DNA of 64,000 bases from Candidatus Kaiserbacteria bacterium (GTDB lineage: Bacteria; Patescibacteriota; Minisyncoccia; Phycocordibacterales; UBA918), in NCBI GenBank assembly GCA_016699245.1, contig CP064968.1, positions 921,015-985,014 of the forward strand. Direction: 5' to 3'. Position numbers and translations under genes: made by a program. Position 1 is the stretch's first letter. The number at the start of each line of letters is the position of its first letter. A model generated the notes under the pieces. The model was given only the letters and a program-made list of their open reading frames with translations. It ran no database searches and was not told the DNA's origin. This document shows positions 1 to 10,157 of this stretch, one piece after another.

Positions 1-819
1 GAAGACTTTAGTATTTCGCGTGAAAAAGCGCGCCTCGACTGGGGTATTCCTGTCCCGGGAGATGATGGGCAGGTGATGTATGTGTGGTTTGACGCACTCA
101 CCAACTACATCTCCACACTTGGATGGCCCGATGATGTTGAGGGGAATTATAAGAAATTCTGGGTAGACGGAGAGACGCTCCAACTCGCAGGGAAAGACCA
201 AGTTCGCTTCCAATCCATCATGTGGCAGGCAATGCTTAGATCTGCAGGACTTCCCGCTACCGACTGTGTGGTTTATCACGGCTTCATTACCTCAGACGGT
301 CATAAGATGAGTAAGTCTATAGGGAATGTCATAAGTCCTTATGAACTCGTAGAACGCTATGGTACCGATGCGACTCGCTACCTCCTCCTCCGTCACGTAC
401 ATCCCTTTGAGGATACCGACATTACGTGGGAACGTCTCGATGAGTGGTATACCGCGAATCTAGTAAATGGCCTCGGCAATCTGGTAGCGCGTGTTATGAA
501 AATGGCTGAGAGCTATGGTGTTTCGTATATCAGTTCAGACGATGCCCCCACAGTAGTTACTGATGAAACTATTCAAAAATCTTTGGATAATATTTGGTTA
601 CAGATTGGCGAACTTGACGCATTTATCCAACATGAAGAGCCATTCAAGAAAATAAAAGTTGATGAGAAAGCGGCAAAAAATGATGTGTCGTACCTACTCT
701 CTCGCCTTAATATGGTTGCGCATGCACTCAGTATTGTAATGCCACAAACATCAAAAGCAATCGTAACTGCAATTCACGAAAACAAAAAACCCGAAAACCT
801 TTTCCCACGCCTTGTATAG
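1..819 (+). CDS. metG: Methionyl-tRNA synthetase, C-terminal portion (5' end lies outside the window)
   Basis: Class I aaRS KMSKS motif (HKMSKSIGNV) and a MetRS-like YVWFDALTNYIS segment, followed by an anticodon-binding-like tail. The ORF is open to the window edge in frame 1. Confidence 0.7.
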   Translation, partial: EDFSISREKARLDWGIPVPGDDGQVMYVWFDALTNYISTLGWPDDVEGNYKKFWVDGETLQLAGKDQVRFQSIMWQAMLRSAGLPATDCVVYHGFITSDGHKMSKSIGNVISPYELVERYGTDATRYLLLRHVHPFEDTDITWERLDEWYTANLVNGLGNLVARVMKMAESYGVSYISSDDAPTVVTDETIQKSLDNIWLQIGELDAFIQHEEPFKKIKVDEKAAKNDVSYLLSRLNMVAHALSIVMPQTSKAIVTAIHENKKPENLFPRLV

Positions 820-821
820 GT

Positions 822-1613
822 ATGACTTTTCGCTACATAGACATTCACACACATTTAAATCTTGATGCGTTTGACGTTGACGGTGAGGAGGTGGGCGAGC
901 GCACCCGCGCTGAGGGTGTTGCGTATATCAATATTGGTACGGGAAAGGCGACGAGCGAAAAAGCAGTGGCGCTCGCCCATGAAGCGGAGGGAGTTTTTGC
1001 GACTGTCGGTATGCACCCGACACACACAAGCGGTGAACACGCAGAGACTTTTGAATATGAAGATTTTCGCTCACTTGCTCGGAATGAAAAAGTGGTGGCT
1101 ATAGGTGAGTGTGGACTCGATTATTTTCGCGTGGACAAGGAAATGAAAGGGGAGGAAGAAGCTGTGTTCCTTAAACACATACAACTTGCGAATGAAGTAG
1201 GGAAGCCGCTCATGCTTCACATTCGCCCCAGTGAAGGGAGTATGGATGCATATCATGATGCACTCCGTCACCTCAAAGCACATGCGAAGGTGCTCGGGAA
1301 CGTACACTTTTTTGCAGGTACCTATGCAGTAGCAAAGCAGTTTTGGGATATAGGATTCACCACATCATTCACTGGTGTCATTACGTTTGCCTCACAATAT
1401 GATGAGGTTATCAAAAATGCACCGCTCGCTATGCTCCATGCGGAAACCGATGCACCCTACGTTGCACCCGTACCATACCGAGGGAAGAGGAATGAACCAA
1501 GATATGTAAAAGAGGTGTATAAGCGAATTGCTACAATACGAGGGGAAGATGAAGAGAAGGTGCGATGTGCACTCCTTGAAAACGCCAGAAGGGTGTTTGG
1601 GGCTACTCTATAA
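822..1613 (+). CDS. tatD: TatD-family metal-dependent hydrolase/DNase
   Basis: N-terminal IDIHTHLN metal-binding motif, about 260 aa, TatD-like overall pattern. It lies immediately after metG, which is a common arrangement. Confidence 0.8.
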   Translation: MTFRYIDIHTHLNLDAFDVDGEEVGERTRAEGVAYINIGTGKATSEKAVALAHEAEGVFATVGMHPTHTSGEHAETFEYEDFRSLARNEKVVAIGECGLDYFRVDKEMKGEEEAVFLKHIQLANEVGKPLMLHIRPSEGSMDAYHDALRHLKAHAKVLGNVHFFAGTYAVAKQFWDIGFTTSFTGVITFASQYDEVIKNAPLAMLHAETDAPYVAPVPYRGKRNEPRYVKEVYKRIATIRGEDEEKVRCALLENARRVFGATL

Positions 1614-1674
1614 ACGTGAAAAATAAAAAAGTCGCCGACACTGCTGTCGACGACTGATGGGCGATTGTCCAATT

Positions 1675-2247
1675 TCAAAATGATACTGTACACACCCTGT
1701 TCTTCCCGTTTTTCTTGGCGAGGTACAGTGCCTTGTCCGCACACACGTACAGTGAAGATTGGCTCGAGATATCAGACCCCTGACCGATTGTCGTAACACC
1801 CACACTTGTGGTGACAGAAAACCTCGTCTTACCCTCTTTGAATCGCATTTTCTTTTCAATGATAATGCGAATCTTCTCGAGATGAGACCACGCACCTTGG
1901 AGTGGGGTCTCTGGCATGATGATCACAAACTCCTCACCGCCAATCCGGCACACAATGTCCGTCGACCTGGTTTCCTTTTTAAGGATTGAGGCAAGTTTTT
2001 TGAGGACGCGATCACCTACAGGATGACCGTATGTGTCGTTGACCTGCTTGAAGTCGTCGAGGTCAAGGATGGCAAGAGACAAGGTCCCTACACCCCGAGT
2101 CGTGCGATTGACCTCACGGCGGACTACTTTGTCAAAGACTTGCCGATTCGGTAGCCCAGTAAGATGATCTATACCGGACTTTGCCTTGAGTTTGTCGAAA
2201 AGTGCTTTGCAGTGTGCACAGGGCACTGACTTTTTGCTTTTTTCCAC
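1675..2247 (-). CDS. GGDEF-domain diguanylate cyclase (standalone, 190 aa)
   Basis: GLPNR..., RIGGEEFVII (GGEEF active site), DxLT I-site-like residues. Confidence 0.8.
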   Translation of the reverse strand: MEKSKKSVPCAHCKALFDKLKAKSGIDHLTGLPNRQVFDKVVRREVNRTTRGVGTLSLAILDLDDFKQVNDTYGHPVGDRVLKKLASILKKETRSTDIVCRIGGEEFVIIMPETPLQGAWSHLEKIRIIIEKKMRFKEGKTRFSVTTSVGVTTIGQGSDISSQSSLYVCADKALYLAKKNGKNRVCTVSF

Positions 2248-2406
2248 GAGTAATTCCTTTCACAAGAGAAGAAAAAATAAGAGCAATACTTTTTGATTAT
2301 ACTATAGGATTTGCATGTTGTCTATACCACCATTGTGGTGGCTAAAAAGAGCCCGTTCTCTCTCCCTAGATAGAGAACGGGTCTTTCCAAAACACCTTTC
2401 ACTTCG

Positions 2407-3345
2407 TTAATCAAAAATTGAGATGAGATAGGTATCGATTTTTCGCTGGTCTGTATCGTAGAAAGATTTTCCGTCGTCATGGAGGTCGTCAGCAAGATCT
2501 TCACCAACGAAGCGCCAATGCCATGGCTCAAAGACATAGTACGCATTGTCTTTTGGGTAGGAGAGAACAAAACCATAACGGTGTGCATGTTCAAGAAGCC
2601 ATGCGTACGCCTCGGTATCCGCAAAGGAGGTGTAGGTGCCACCAATAGCAGGTGTGGTGAGGTCTATCGTTGTACCGAGTTGATGCTCTGAGTAGCCTTG
2701 GTCAGCAGAGAAGGTATTAGCACCAGAGCCGTAGGTTACGGTGTATGCATTCTTGAGACTTTTTTGCTCGTCAAAGGAGCGATACCCAGAGACTACCTTG
2801 AGTTCAATACCATCTTCCAAAGCATCTTCAAACATATCCGTGAGAAAAGGTGCAACACGGGTGTCGATGTATTCAGGAGTATCAGTACGGAGCAAAGACG
2901 TTGAAGCAATCGGAACGACTTTGGGGGGTACGTAGTGTTCGTTAAGGAAATATATTTTTGAGTACTTCATGAGGAGTTCAGAATCCATTTTGGAAAGCTT
3001 ATCGAGCTTTACCACAGTTCCTGATACTTTTTTGATTTGGCCCTCAAAGGCATCATTACGTTCCGTTTCTTCTTTAAGGAGGCGACTCAATTCAATTGCG
3101 TTTTCCTCTGCAAGTGCGAGAGCACCCTTTGTTTCCTCGAGCGTCATTTCTTTTGCGGTAAGTCCTGCTTCTTTTTCACTCAAAGTGCCCTGTGTCGCAC
3201 TGAGTTCATTTGTTGTGCGCATATACGTCTCGCTTAAGATATTGATAGCTACATCTTGACGATATAGGGTGTACGAAAGTACACCAATCACAGTGATAAG
3301 GAGTATTGTGATAGCGAGTCCGAAACGAGCAAAGAATGTGCGCAT
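2407..3345 (-). CDS. Membrane-anchored D-alanyl-D-alanine carboxypeptidase (peptidase M15/VanY-like) with coiled-coil linker
   Basis: N-terminal TM helix, coiled-coil region, C-terminal SEHQLGTTIDL ... EPWHWRF motifs typical of VanY/M15 zinc D,D-peptidases. Confidence 0.7.
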   Translation of the reverse strand: MRTFFARFGLAITILLITVIGVLSYTLYRQDVAINILSETYMRTTNELSATQGTLSEKEAGLTAKEMTLEETKGALALAEENAIELSRLLKEETERNDAFEGQIKKVSGTVVKLDKLSKMDSELLMKYSKIYFLNEHYVPPKVVPIASTSLLRTDTPEYIDTRVAPFLTDMFEDALEDGIELKVVSGYRSFDEQKSLKNAYTVTYGSGANTFSADQGYSEHQLGTTIDLTTPAIGGTYTSFADTEAYAWLLEHAHRYGFVLSYPKDNAYYVFEPWHWRFVGEDLADDLHDDGKSFYDTDQRKIDTYLISIFD

Positions 3346-3476
3346 AGCGCTCTCATTCTAGCACGGGCGGGAGGAGGGCTATAGGGTTGAAAATGTGTGG
3401 TATCTATGGTACGGTTACGCCACATTATTAGTGGAATAGGTTGGAAATCCAGCCGATTCCAGTCATGTAAGTTATT

Positions 3477-4028
3477 ATGACAGAATCAACAATGCCAGTA
3501 GCCGAGGTGACTCAAGACAATTTCGATGAGCGAAATACGTATGAGTTTGCCTTCCACGTTCTTCCAACGGTTGCTGAAGGGGAAGTAGCAGGTGTCTTTG
3601 AGTCACTCAAGGCCCACATTACCAAGGTCGGAGAAATCGTAAACGTAGAAGCTCCTGAGCGGGTAGACCTCGTCTACGCAATCGTAAAGTCCATGGAGGG
3701 CAAGAACCGCAAGTTCACGAGCGCATACTTTGGATGGGTCAGGTTCAAACTTGAAGCAGACAAATTGGCTGCACTCATGGAGGAATTGAGCACCGAAAGC
3801 GCTGTGTTCCGCCATCTTCTTATCAAACTCACCCGAGAAGAAGAAGCGCACCCATTCCGCTTCCACGAAAACCGTAAATCAGTCAAAATGGTAGAGGTAA
3901 TCAACGAGGAAGAAATCCTCGAAGAAGTACAAACTGAAGTTGAGGAAAATGTAGAAGTATCAGAAGCAGCACTCGAAGAGTCACTCGAAAAAATTACTCA
4001 AGACGGAGTAATACCAGAAAAAGTATAA
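3477..4028 (+). CDS. rpsF: 30S ribosomal protein S6 with long acidic C-terminal extension
   Basis: S6-like core (YEFAFHVLPT... EAPERVDLVYAI... FRHLLIKL). Sits in the conserved rpsF-ssb-rpsR arrangement. Confidence 0.75.
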   Translation: MTESTMPVAEVTQDNFDERNTYEFAFHVLPTVAEGEVAGVFESLKAHITKVGEIVNVEAPERVDLVYAIVKSMEGKNRKFTSAYFGWVRFKLEADKLAALMEELSTESAVFRHLLIKLTREEEAHPFRFHENRKSVKMVEVINEEEILEEVQTEVEENVEVSEAALEESLEKITQDGVIPEKV

Positions 4029-4175
4029 GTATAGACTGAGAGAGGATTGAAATATAGTATTACAAGAAATAGATGAGATGAGTATTGGAGTTCCTTCGTC
4101 ACAAAATCCATTAGGAATAGGATTTTGAGACGGCTAACTTTTTCTAACTCGTTTCACTCGTAAGAAAAACTAAGC

Positions 4176-4625
4176 ATGTACCTTAACAAAGCAATGATTT
4201 TCGGGAATCTCACACGAGACCCTGAGATGCGCGCACTTCCAAGTGGACAGCAGGTTTGCAGTTTTAGTATTGCAACCAATTACACGTACAAAGACCGAGA
4301 GGGAAAGCGTGTAGAAAAGTCAGATTTTCACAACGTTGTGGTCTTTGGCGTTCAGGCTGAAAACAGTGCAAAGTATCTCAAAAAGGGTGCGAGCGCCTAC
4401 GTCGAAGGACGTCTCCAGACACAGTCTTGGGAGAAGGATGGTGTAAAGCATTATCGAACGGAAATTGTTGCTGATAGAGTACAGTTTGGTCCTCGTACCG
4501 ACGGTGGTGGCAGTAGTGCTCCACGAGAGGCAGGCGCAGGAAGCGCACCGAGCGCAACACCACAAAAGGGGAATGCCCCAGAATACCCAGAAGAGGACAT
4601 CAACCCCGAGGACATCCCATTTTAA
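4176..4625 (+). CDS. ssb: Single-stranded DNA-binding protein
   Basis: OB-fold SSB signature (IFGNLTRDPE..., HNVVVFG), Gly-rich linker and acidic DIPF C-terminal tail. Confidence 0.85.
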   Translation: MYLNKAMIFGNLTRDPEMRALPSGQQVCSFSIATNYTYKDREGKRVEKSDFHNVVVFGVQAENSAKYLKKGASAYVEGRLQTQSWEKDGVKHYRTEIVADRVQFGPRTDGGGSSAPREAGAGSAPSATPQKGNAPEYPEEDINPEDIPF

Positions 4626-4813
4626 AGAACAAAATCACTTCATCTGCTTTGTCAGACTGCAGTAATTTGAAACTCGTCGTACTGTTGTACGCCTCGTCTC
4701 AAATTCTTTGTCTTCCGCGCATCTAAAGCAATTTTGATCTTTAAAATATGCAATCAGTCCTAGAGAAAAACTAATCTTAGAAAACTTGAAACATTAACAA
4801 CTAAAATACCCAC

Positions 4814-5008
4814 ATGGAAAAGAAAACAACAACAAATGTTGAACATTACGACTACAAAGATGTGCTCCGCCTACGCGCACACATGAACCCACATGCTCGT
4901 ATGTTCAGTCGAAAGCGCACAGGCCACACCGCTCGCGAACAGCGAGTATTCGCCCAAGCAGTAAAGCGCGCCCGCTTCATGGCTCTCTTGCCATATGTTG
5001 CGGAGTAG
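4814..5008 (+). CDS. rpsR: 30S ribosomal protein S18
   Basis: S18 motifs (DYKDV, RxRTGxxAxxQRxxAxAVKRARFMALLPY). Confidence 0.85.
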   Translation: MEKKTTTNVEHYDYKDVLRLRAHMNPHARMFSRKRTGHTAREQRVFAQAVKRARFMALLPYVAE

Positions 5009-5020
5009 GACAAAACGAAA

Positions 5021-5055
5021 AAACCGCACGCCCCAAGGGCGTGCGGTTTTTTATA
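5021..5055 (+). terminator. Rho-independent terminator after rpsR
   Basis: aaaaaaccgcacgccccaagggcgtgcggtttttta: GC hairpin followed by a T-run. Confidence 0.7.
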
Positions 5056-5174
5056 CCTCATATAACTGCGAAATAAGAACCAAGTGACTTTTCTAAAGAG
5101 ATGTGGCATTATCCTTCCCAGATACGCAATCACCCGATCGTGTACGTTCCTAAGGAGAAGTGCCATGACACCGT

Positions 5175-5726
5175 ATGTTTAGGTTGCAACAAGAAATCAT
5201 TAATCTGTTGTGTCGTTTGAAAGAGTACCATCCCGAAAAATTTGTCCGATTTATAGGTTTGTGCAAGCAGAGCAGGATTCCTTCATCAGTAAAATGGATA
5301 AATGTTTTACGCAAACAGGGCGTCTCAATCCCTCAAGGAGAATCGTCCCGGAACTTTAGAAGTATCAATTTTCCGGAAATCATCCTTGAACAGATCAGCG
5401 AAGATGGCACAGACATTCTGAATCTATTGGGGTTAGAATTTTATGACCATCACGCACCATACGGACTCACGGGATGGGTTGCTAAACGTGGTAGAGGTGA
5501 TAACTTTCTCCGCACAGCATATGCCGCGCAACCGCGGGCACTTAAAGAGGGAGACATCCTTTTGACGGGCGAGCGGGTACTTTGCCCACCGCGCGATGGC
5601 GGAAATGGAAGGGTACTTGTGAAAGTCTCTGGGCGCATAAGAGGGACATGGTTGGATTTCCCGAGTGGAACCGCAATTGCTCTTTTGCCTAGTTTCGAAA
5701 ATGTTCCCCCAGGTCTTATCGAGTAG
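5175..5726 (+). CDS. Hypothetical protein (183 aa)
   Basis: Open frame with no recognisable motif. Followed by a hairpin terminator at 5742-5778. Confidence 0.3.
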   Translation: MFRLQQEIINLLCRLKEYHPEKFVRFIGLCKQSRIPSSVKWINVLRKQGVSIPQGESSRNFRSINFPEIILEQISEDGTDILNLLGLEFYDHHAPYGLTGWVAKRGRGDNFLRTAYAAQPRALKEGDILLTGERVLCPPRDGGNGRVLVKVSGRIRGTWLDFPSGTAIALLPSFENVPPGLIE

Positions 5727-5832
5727 TTACCAAACCCCACCATCAAAAATCGCGATGCCCCCAGCATCGCGATTTTTTAGTATGCACACTAGGTCTTAAA
5801 AGAGGTGTGAGATATCCCGAGCCCGAGTACTA

Positions 5833-5983
5833 AACTCGTTGAGGCATAACTTTCGAGACGCCTCGCGCAAGGCCACACAGGCCGAAATTGAATACAAAGC
5901 TTAAAAACCCCTATCGCAGAAGTGGTGCCGAATAGTTTTAGGGGCTTATGCGTGCGTATCGAAAGTTCGTGCCGAGAAAGAGT
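5833..5983. repeat. MITE-like repeat, copy 1 (terminal inverted repeats, internal hairpin)
   Basis: Shares aactcgttgagg..aactttcgagacgcctcgcg...cttatgcgtgcgtatcgaaagttcgtgccga[ag]aaagagt with the copy at 13433-13574. The two ends are imperfect inverted repeats. Confidence 0.6.
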
Positions 5984-6003
5984 TGTCGCTATTCCTGGTC
6001 GAA

Positions 6004-6579
6004 TCAGGCCTTCTCAGCGCGTTCGGTATATTCGCCCGACTCAGTATTCACTCGAATCACATCTCCTTCATTGATGAAGAGAGGTACCATCACCTTTGCA
6101 CCTGTCTCAAGAGTTGCATCCTTGAGCGCATTGCCTGAGGTATTTCCTTTCACCGCAGGTGCAGTCTCCTTTATCATGAGTTCTACCTTTACGGGGATTT
6201 TGACACCAATAACGTTGTCATTGTAGAGAAGGGCATCGAGCACCGTCTTTGGCTTGATGTACTTAATACCGTCACCCACGACGTCAGCAGCAATCGCAAA
6301 ACGCTCGCTTGCTTTCCCCGGAGTATTAAACCAGTATTCCCCCTTACTCTCATAGATATACTCAATTGGCTTACAACCCATGTCTGCCTCATCAGCGGTT
6401 TCGTTTGAGTGGAATGTCTGTTCTACTACACGACCAGAGACAAGGCTTTTGAGCTTGGTCACATTGACGGGCTTGCGCTTTTGTTTTCTAAAAACATGCG
6501 ATGCGAGCACAAGAAACGGCTCATCGTCCCAGATAATGATTTTCTTCAGTGTAATTTCGTTGTACGCAAGTACCGCCAT
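6004..6579 (-). CDS. efp: Elongation factor P
   Basis: EF-P signature KGNTSGNA...LETGAKVMVPLFINEGDVIRVNTESGEYTERA, about 190 aa. Confidence 0.85.
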   Translation of the reverse strand: MAVLAYNEITLKKIIIWDDEPFLVLASHVFRKQKRKPVNVTKLKSLVSGRVVEQTFHSNETADEADMGCKPIEYIYESKGEYWFNTPGKASERFAIAADVVGDGIKYIKPKTVLDALLYNDNVIGVKIPVKVELMIKETAPAVKGNTSGNALKDATLETGAKVMVPLFINEGDVIRVNTESGEYTERAEKA

Positions 6580-6640
6580 AACTTTTTTAGTGTATTATAT
6601 GTAATAATTATTAACCGTAGTGGGTGCATAGTACCAGTAT

Positions 6641-7399
6641 ATGTTTGGCCTTTCAACTACAGAGACAGTGAAGTTGCTCCCCGATGAGGTTATTCTTGCC
6701 CGCGTACAAGTAGAACCATGGCTTTTCACCGCAATTCTTGAGCGGTATCAAGCCGCATTTTTGCGCAAAACAAAGACAATTATCTTCAATGAACAAGATG
6801 CAGAAGAGGTAGTCCAAGACGCATTTACAAAAATATACATAAACGCACATAAGTTTGAAGTTCGCGAAGGTGCAAAGTTTTCTTCATGGGCATATACTAT
6901 TCTGGTAAATACCGCACTCACACGCTACCAGAAGTGCGTGAAAGAGGGGAAGCGTACACTCCTCCTTGATCCCGAGTACATGGAGATGATGGGTGAGATG
7001 AAAGAGCATAGTGCCTTTAATCAAGACAAGGATGCTATTGAACGCGTATTAGCTAAAATGCCGGGGCACTTCGCACGCGTACTCCGCCTCCATTACCTCG
7101 AGCACTGGTCGCACAAAGACATCGCCGAAGAAACAGGAGAGACCGTCGGTGCCGTGAAAGCCCGCATCCACCGCGCCAAAGCCGAGTTTGAAGGAAGCCG
7201 AAGGAGCCGCTTTTGTAATCAATTGAGCAGAAACCGGGGGGGAAAGGGGGGGGGGGCGCCGGGGGGCGCCCCGGGGGGGGGGGGGAGAGGGGGGGAAAAA
7301 AAAACGGGGGGGTTTGTAGAAAAAGGAAGGGGGGGGGGGGGGGGGAAAGGGGGGGGGGGGGGCGAAAGAGAAACCTTTTTATACAAACGCGAGTTATAA
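6641..7399 (+). CDS. RNA polymerase sigma-70 family factor (ECF-like); 3' end runs into a poly-G artefact
   Basis: Region 2 (DAEEVVQDAFTKIYINAHKF, SSWAYTILVN) and region 4 HTH (LRLHYLEHWSHKDIAEETGETVGAVKARIHRAK). Past about 7220 the frame reads poly-Gly from a G-only tract, so the true stop is probably near 7215-7225. Confidence 0.65.
   Translation: MFGLSTTETVKLLPDEVILARVQVEPWLFTAILERYQAAFLRKTKTIIFNEQDAEEVVQDAFTKIYINAHKFEVREGAKFSSWAYTILVNTALTRYQKCVKEGKRTLLLDPEYMEMMGEMKEHSAFNQDKDAIERVLAKMPGHFARVLRLHYLEHWSHKDIAEETGETVGAVKARIHRAKAEFEGSRRSRFCNQLSRNRGGKGGGAPGGAPGGGGRGGEKKTGGFVEKGRGGGGGKGGGGGERETFLYKREL
7215..7370. other. Poly-G low-complexity tract (probable sequencing or assembly artefact)
   Basis: About 150 bp of almost pure G with a few A/C, unlike the surrounding 47% GC sequence. 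Confidence 0.6.
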
Positions 7400-7428
7400 A
7401 AAAATACTAAAGATAATCAATTATTATT

Positions 7429-7749
7429 ATGAAAACACTACAAAAAAAGATCATGCGCGGTATCTACTACGCATATGCAATCCGTCTCGCCACTCTCCCT
7501 GGGCTCTGGCAGGGCTTTGTGATGCTCGGAATTATGATTGTCCTTACCCGTTTTGTGTCTCTCGGAAATGTCATCAACAACTTCTCGCAGATTGAGATGA
7601 GTCACGTCGGTACGTTTGCATACAATGCAGTACGCACCACAGAACTGTGGACCCTTCTCCTTATTGGAATCTTCGTTTTCCTCTCGCTCTCTCTTCGCTT
7701 TAAGTTCTCTCCCCGCCACAAAAACACCTACGCCTTCGCCCGCGTGTAG
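7429..7749 (+). CDS. Small hypothetical membrane protein (106 aa, 3 predicted TM helices)
   Basis: Hydrophobic segments. Followed by terminator aaaagccccactgtcggggctttt at 7763-7792. Confidence 0.4.
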   Translation: MKTLQKKIMRGIYYAYAIRLATLPGLWQGFVMLGIMIVLTRFVSLGNVINNFSQIEMSHVGTFAYNAVRTTELWTLLLIGIFVFLSLSLRFKFSPRHKNTYAFARV

Positions 7750-7808
7750 GAAGTAGAAACACAAAAGCCCCACTGTCGGGGCTTTTGTGTTGCACTATTA
7801 ATGTCCAT

Positions 7809-8042
7809 TCACTTTGCCACCACAAGTTCAAGAAGTGGAATGTGTGCTGTGCCCACAGTAACTTGATTCATCTCTTTCTTACCTATTTTGCGTGATGCAT
7901 CGAGAATTTCTAAATAGAGTGGGTTACCCGCTTCATCAAAATCAACAAGTATCTCTGGGGATACCTCCACAGTTTTTGCCACTTTGCCTTTGCGCAATGT
8001 CATACTGAGAGCGTCGACTTCTTTATCGTAGGTAATTTTCAT
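7809..8042 (-). CDS. DUF2283-family small protein (putative antitoxin partner of DUF4258)
   Basis: 77 aa, MKITYDKEVDALSMTL...LDFDEAGNPLYLEILDAS pattern typical of DUF2283. Adjacent, in the same orientation as the DUF4258 gene. Confidence 0.55.
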   Translation of the reverse strand: MKITYDKEVDALSMTLRKGKVAKTVEVSPEILVDFDEAGNPLYLEILDASRKIGKKEMNQVTVGTAHIPLLELVVAK

Positions 8043-8054
8043 ATGTTGATGGTA

Positions 8055-8297
8055 TCACTTGGTTTTATGCTTCGCAACCCAATGTGCAGTCACGACTACA
8101 ATACGTAGTTCTTCAATTTTCACAACCACCTTAAGGTGATTTTTTGCATACAATCTATATCGTTCTTCTCTGAAATTGTATGTCGGTTCTATAAAGTCTG
8201 GCTGCTCTATAGTGGCAAGTACCTTCGCCTTATCCAAATCCCTTTGCTTAATTTGAAGAAGCGAGTGCTTACTAAACACTATTTTCATATAAGTCAT
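8055..8297 (-). CDS. DUF4258-family small protein (putative toxin of a DUF4258/DUF2283 pair)
   Basis: About 80 aa, pairs with a DUF2283 gene 12 bp downstream. The start was chosen at an internal Met because the longer ORF overlaps the terminator hairpin at 8303-8340. Confidence 0.5.
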   Translation of the reverse strand: MTYMKIVFSKHSLLQIKQRDLDKAKVLATIEQPDFIEPTYNFREERYRLYAKNHLKVVVKIEELRIVVVTAHWVAKHKTK

Positions 8298-8347
8298 AGT
8301 ATAACACAAAAGCCCGCGGCCTACGCCGCGGGGCTTTTGGGTTTTGG

Positions 8348-9484
8348 TCAATTACTCCCCCCCCACTTCCTCATCAGACGCCGATGCTTTTGTTTTACTC
8401 CAGCATCATTGTTCTTCAATGACTTTTGAACATGCTTCATAAGTTCACCCATGAGTTTTTTGTCGGCACGGAGTGCAGTGCGTGTCGCATCATATCCGCG
8501 TCCGAGCTTTACCTCTGCACTCGCATCACCTCCGGGAGGGAGGTATGAGTACGATGCACCGGACTTCTTAATGAATCCATATTTCTCACCAAGAGCAAGA
8601 AGTTCACCCTCACGACTGATACCCTCATTGTATATAAGGTCAAACTCAGTCGCTTTAAAAGGTGCTGCCACTTTATTCTTTACCACCTTTCACGCGGTGA
8701 CGACCGCCCTACCACCTCCTCACCCTTCTTAATCTGTGCAATACGGCGAATGTCGAGACGAACGGAAGTGTAGAATTTAAGTGCCTTTCCACCTGGGGTA
8801 GTTTCTGGGTTACCAAACATCACTCCAATCTGCATACGGATTTGGTTGATGAAGATAATCACCTGTGCTACTCTTTGCAACATTGCTCGTGAGTTTACGG
8901 AGTGCCTGGCTCATGAGACGCGCTTGCTTACCCACATGGTGTGCACCCATCTCACCTTCAATCTCATCCTTTGGCGTGAGTGCCGCCACTGAGTCGATGA
9001 CAATCACATCAATTTTCCCAGAGCGGACGAGTGATTCTACGATTTCAAGCGCCTGCTCGCCATTGTCTGGCTGAGAAATGAGGAGTTCATCAAGTTTGAC
9101 TCCAAGATTTTTTGCATACTGTGGATCCATCGCGTGCTCAGCATCAATGAATGCGCAAATGCCACCGAGCTTTTGTGCCTCTGCTACTGCGTGCAGGGAA
9201 AGGGTGGTCTTACCCGATGATTCAGGACCAAAGATTTCAATAATACGTCCACGAGGATATCCGCCGATGCCGAGTGCCTCGTCGAGCCCAATAGAGCCAG
9301 AAGAAATAGCATCCACATCTACTTTGTGCGTACTGCTCAAGGTCATGATGGAATCATCACCAAATTTTGTTTTGATACTTCTGAGGGTCTCTGCAATATC
9401 ACTAAGTCCGCGTCGCTCTCCTGCCTCGAGGGGAGCCTTCGTTACTTTCGCCTTTGCCGGCGTCGCTTTTTTCTTTCCTACCAC
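8348..9484 (-). pseudogene. recA: Recombinase RecA, split over three reading frames (2 frameshifts near 8690 and 8880)
   Basis: N-terminal piece ([19 protein letters not shown] Walker A, IDAEHA), middle piece ([38 protein letters not shown]) and C-terminal piece ([27 protein letters not shown]) sit in three different frames, in the correct order. Confidence 0.8.
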
Positions 9485-9587
9485 AATAAAAATAATTATC
9501 CAGACTTATAAATATGCATATAGTATACCCCACAAAATCCCCTAAATCACATTGCCCCCATGAGCACAAAGTCCCCATTTTCATAAA

Positions 9588-9729
9588 AACTCGTTGAGTC
9601 ACACACCACTGATGCGCCTCGCGGACTCCCCCAAGGGAGGAGCGGAGCAAAGTCCTAGAAATATAATCCAAAGGATTATATTTCTAGGACTTATGCGTGC
9701 GGAGCAGGGGTGTGTGACGAAAAAGAGTT
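9588..9729. repeat. MITE-like repeat, copy 2 (diverged)
   Basis: actcgttgagtcacacacc ... ggtgtgtgacgaaaaagagtt termini. GCGGAGCAAAG followed by a perfect hairpin with atccaaaggat loop, as in copy 3. Confidence 0.55.
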
Positions 9730-9785
9730 TTGGAGGCAGAAGTGCATGTCGAAATAGAGTGTGTACGCTCCAATACTGAGTTGAC

Positions 9786-10154
9786 TCACCCCGCGACATA
9801 CACATACTCCTCCGTATGTGTGGTGGTGCGGCCAAAACGGTCCTTTGCTTCGAGCGTCATTATGGTGTAGCCACTTTCGAGTACCAGTATTTCCTTAAAA
9901 GCACCTGCTTCATTGGTGTGTATCTCTCGTCCATTGAGGGTGAGTTTCACTATATTGTGTGTGGTGCCCGTGAGTGTGATACTCCGCTCATGATGAAGTA
10001 CCCCATGGGTATCATCGAGGGAGATGGAGGGACCTGCAAGGAAATTACGTGCCTGAAAGTGTACGTACCAAAGGAGAATGGCAGCGAGCAGTATCACACC
10101 GAGTACGCGGAGTATTTTCCCTAAGGTAAGGGTATGAGTGTTGATTCCGTGCAT
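9786..10154 (-). CDS. Hypothetical membrane-anchored protein (122 aa)
   Basis: N-terminal TM helix, otherwise no recognisable motifs. Confidence 0.4.
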   Translation of the reverse strand: MHGINTHTLTLGKILRVLGVILLAAILLWYVHFQARNFLAGPSISLDDTHGVLHHERSITLTGTTHNIVKLTLNGREIHTNEAGAFKEILVLESGYTIMTLEAKDRFGRTTTHTEEYVYVAG

Positions 10155-10157
10155 GAA

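Noticed and set aside
5948-6226. 92-aa ORF starting MRAYRKFVP (also the 13538 upstream extension)
   Set aside because: The start lies inside MITE copies and the body overlaps efp antisense. It is a repeat-derived spurious ORF.
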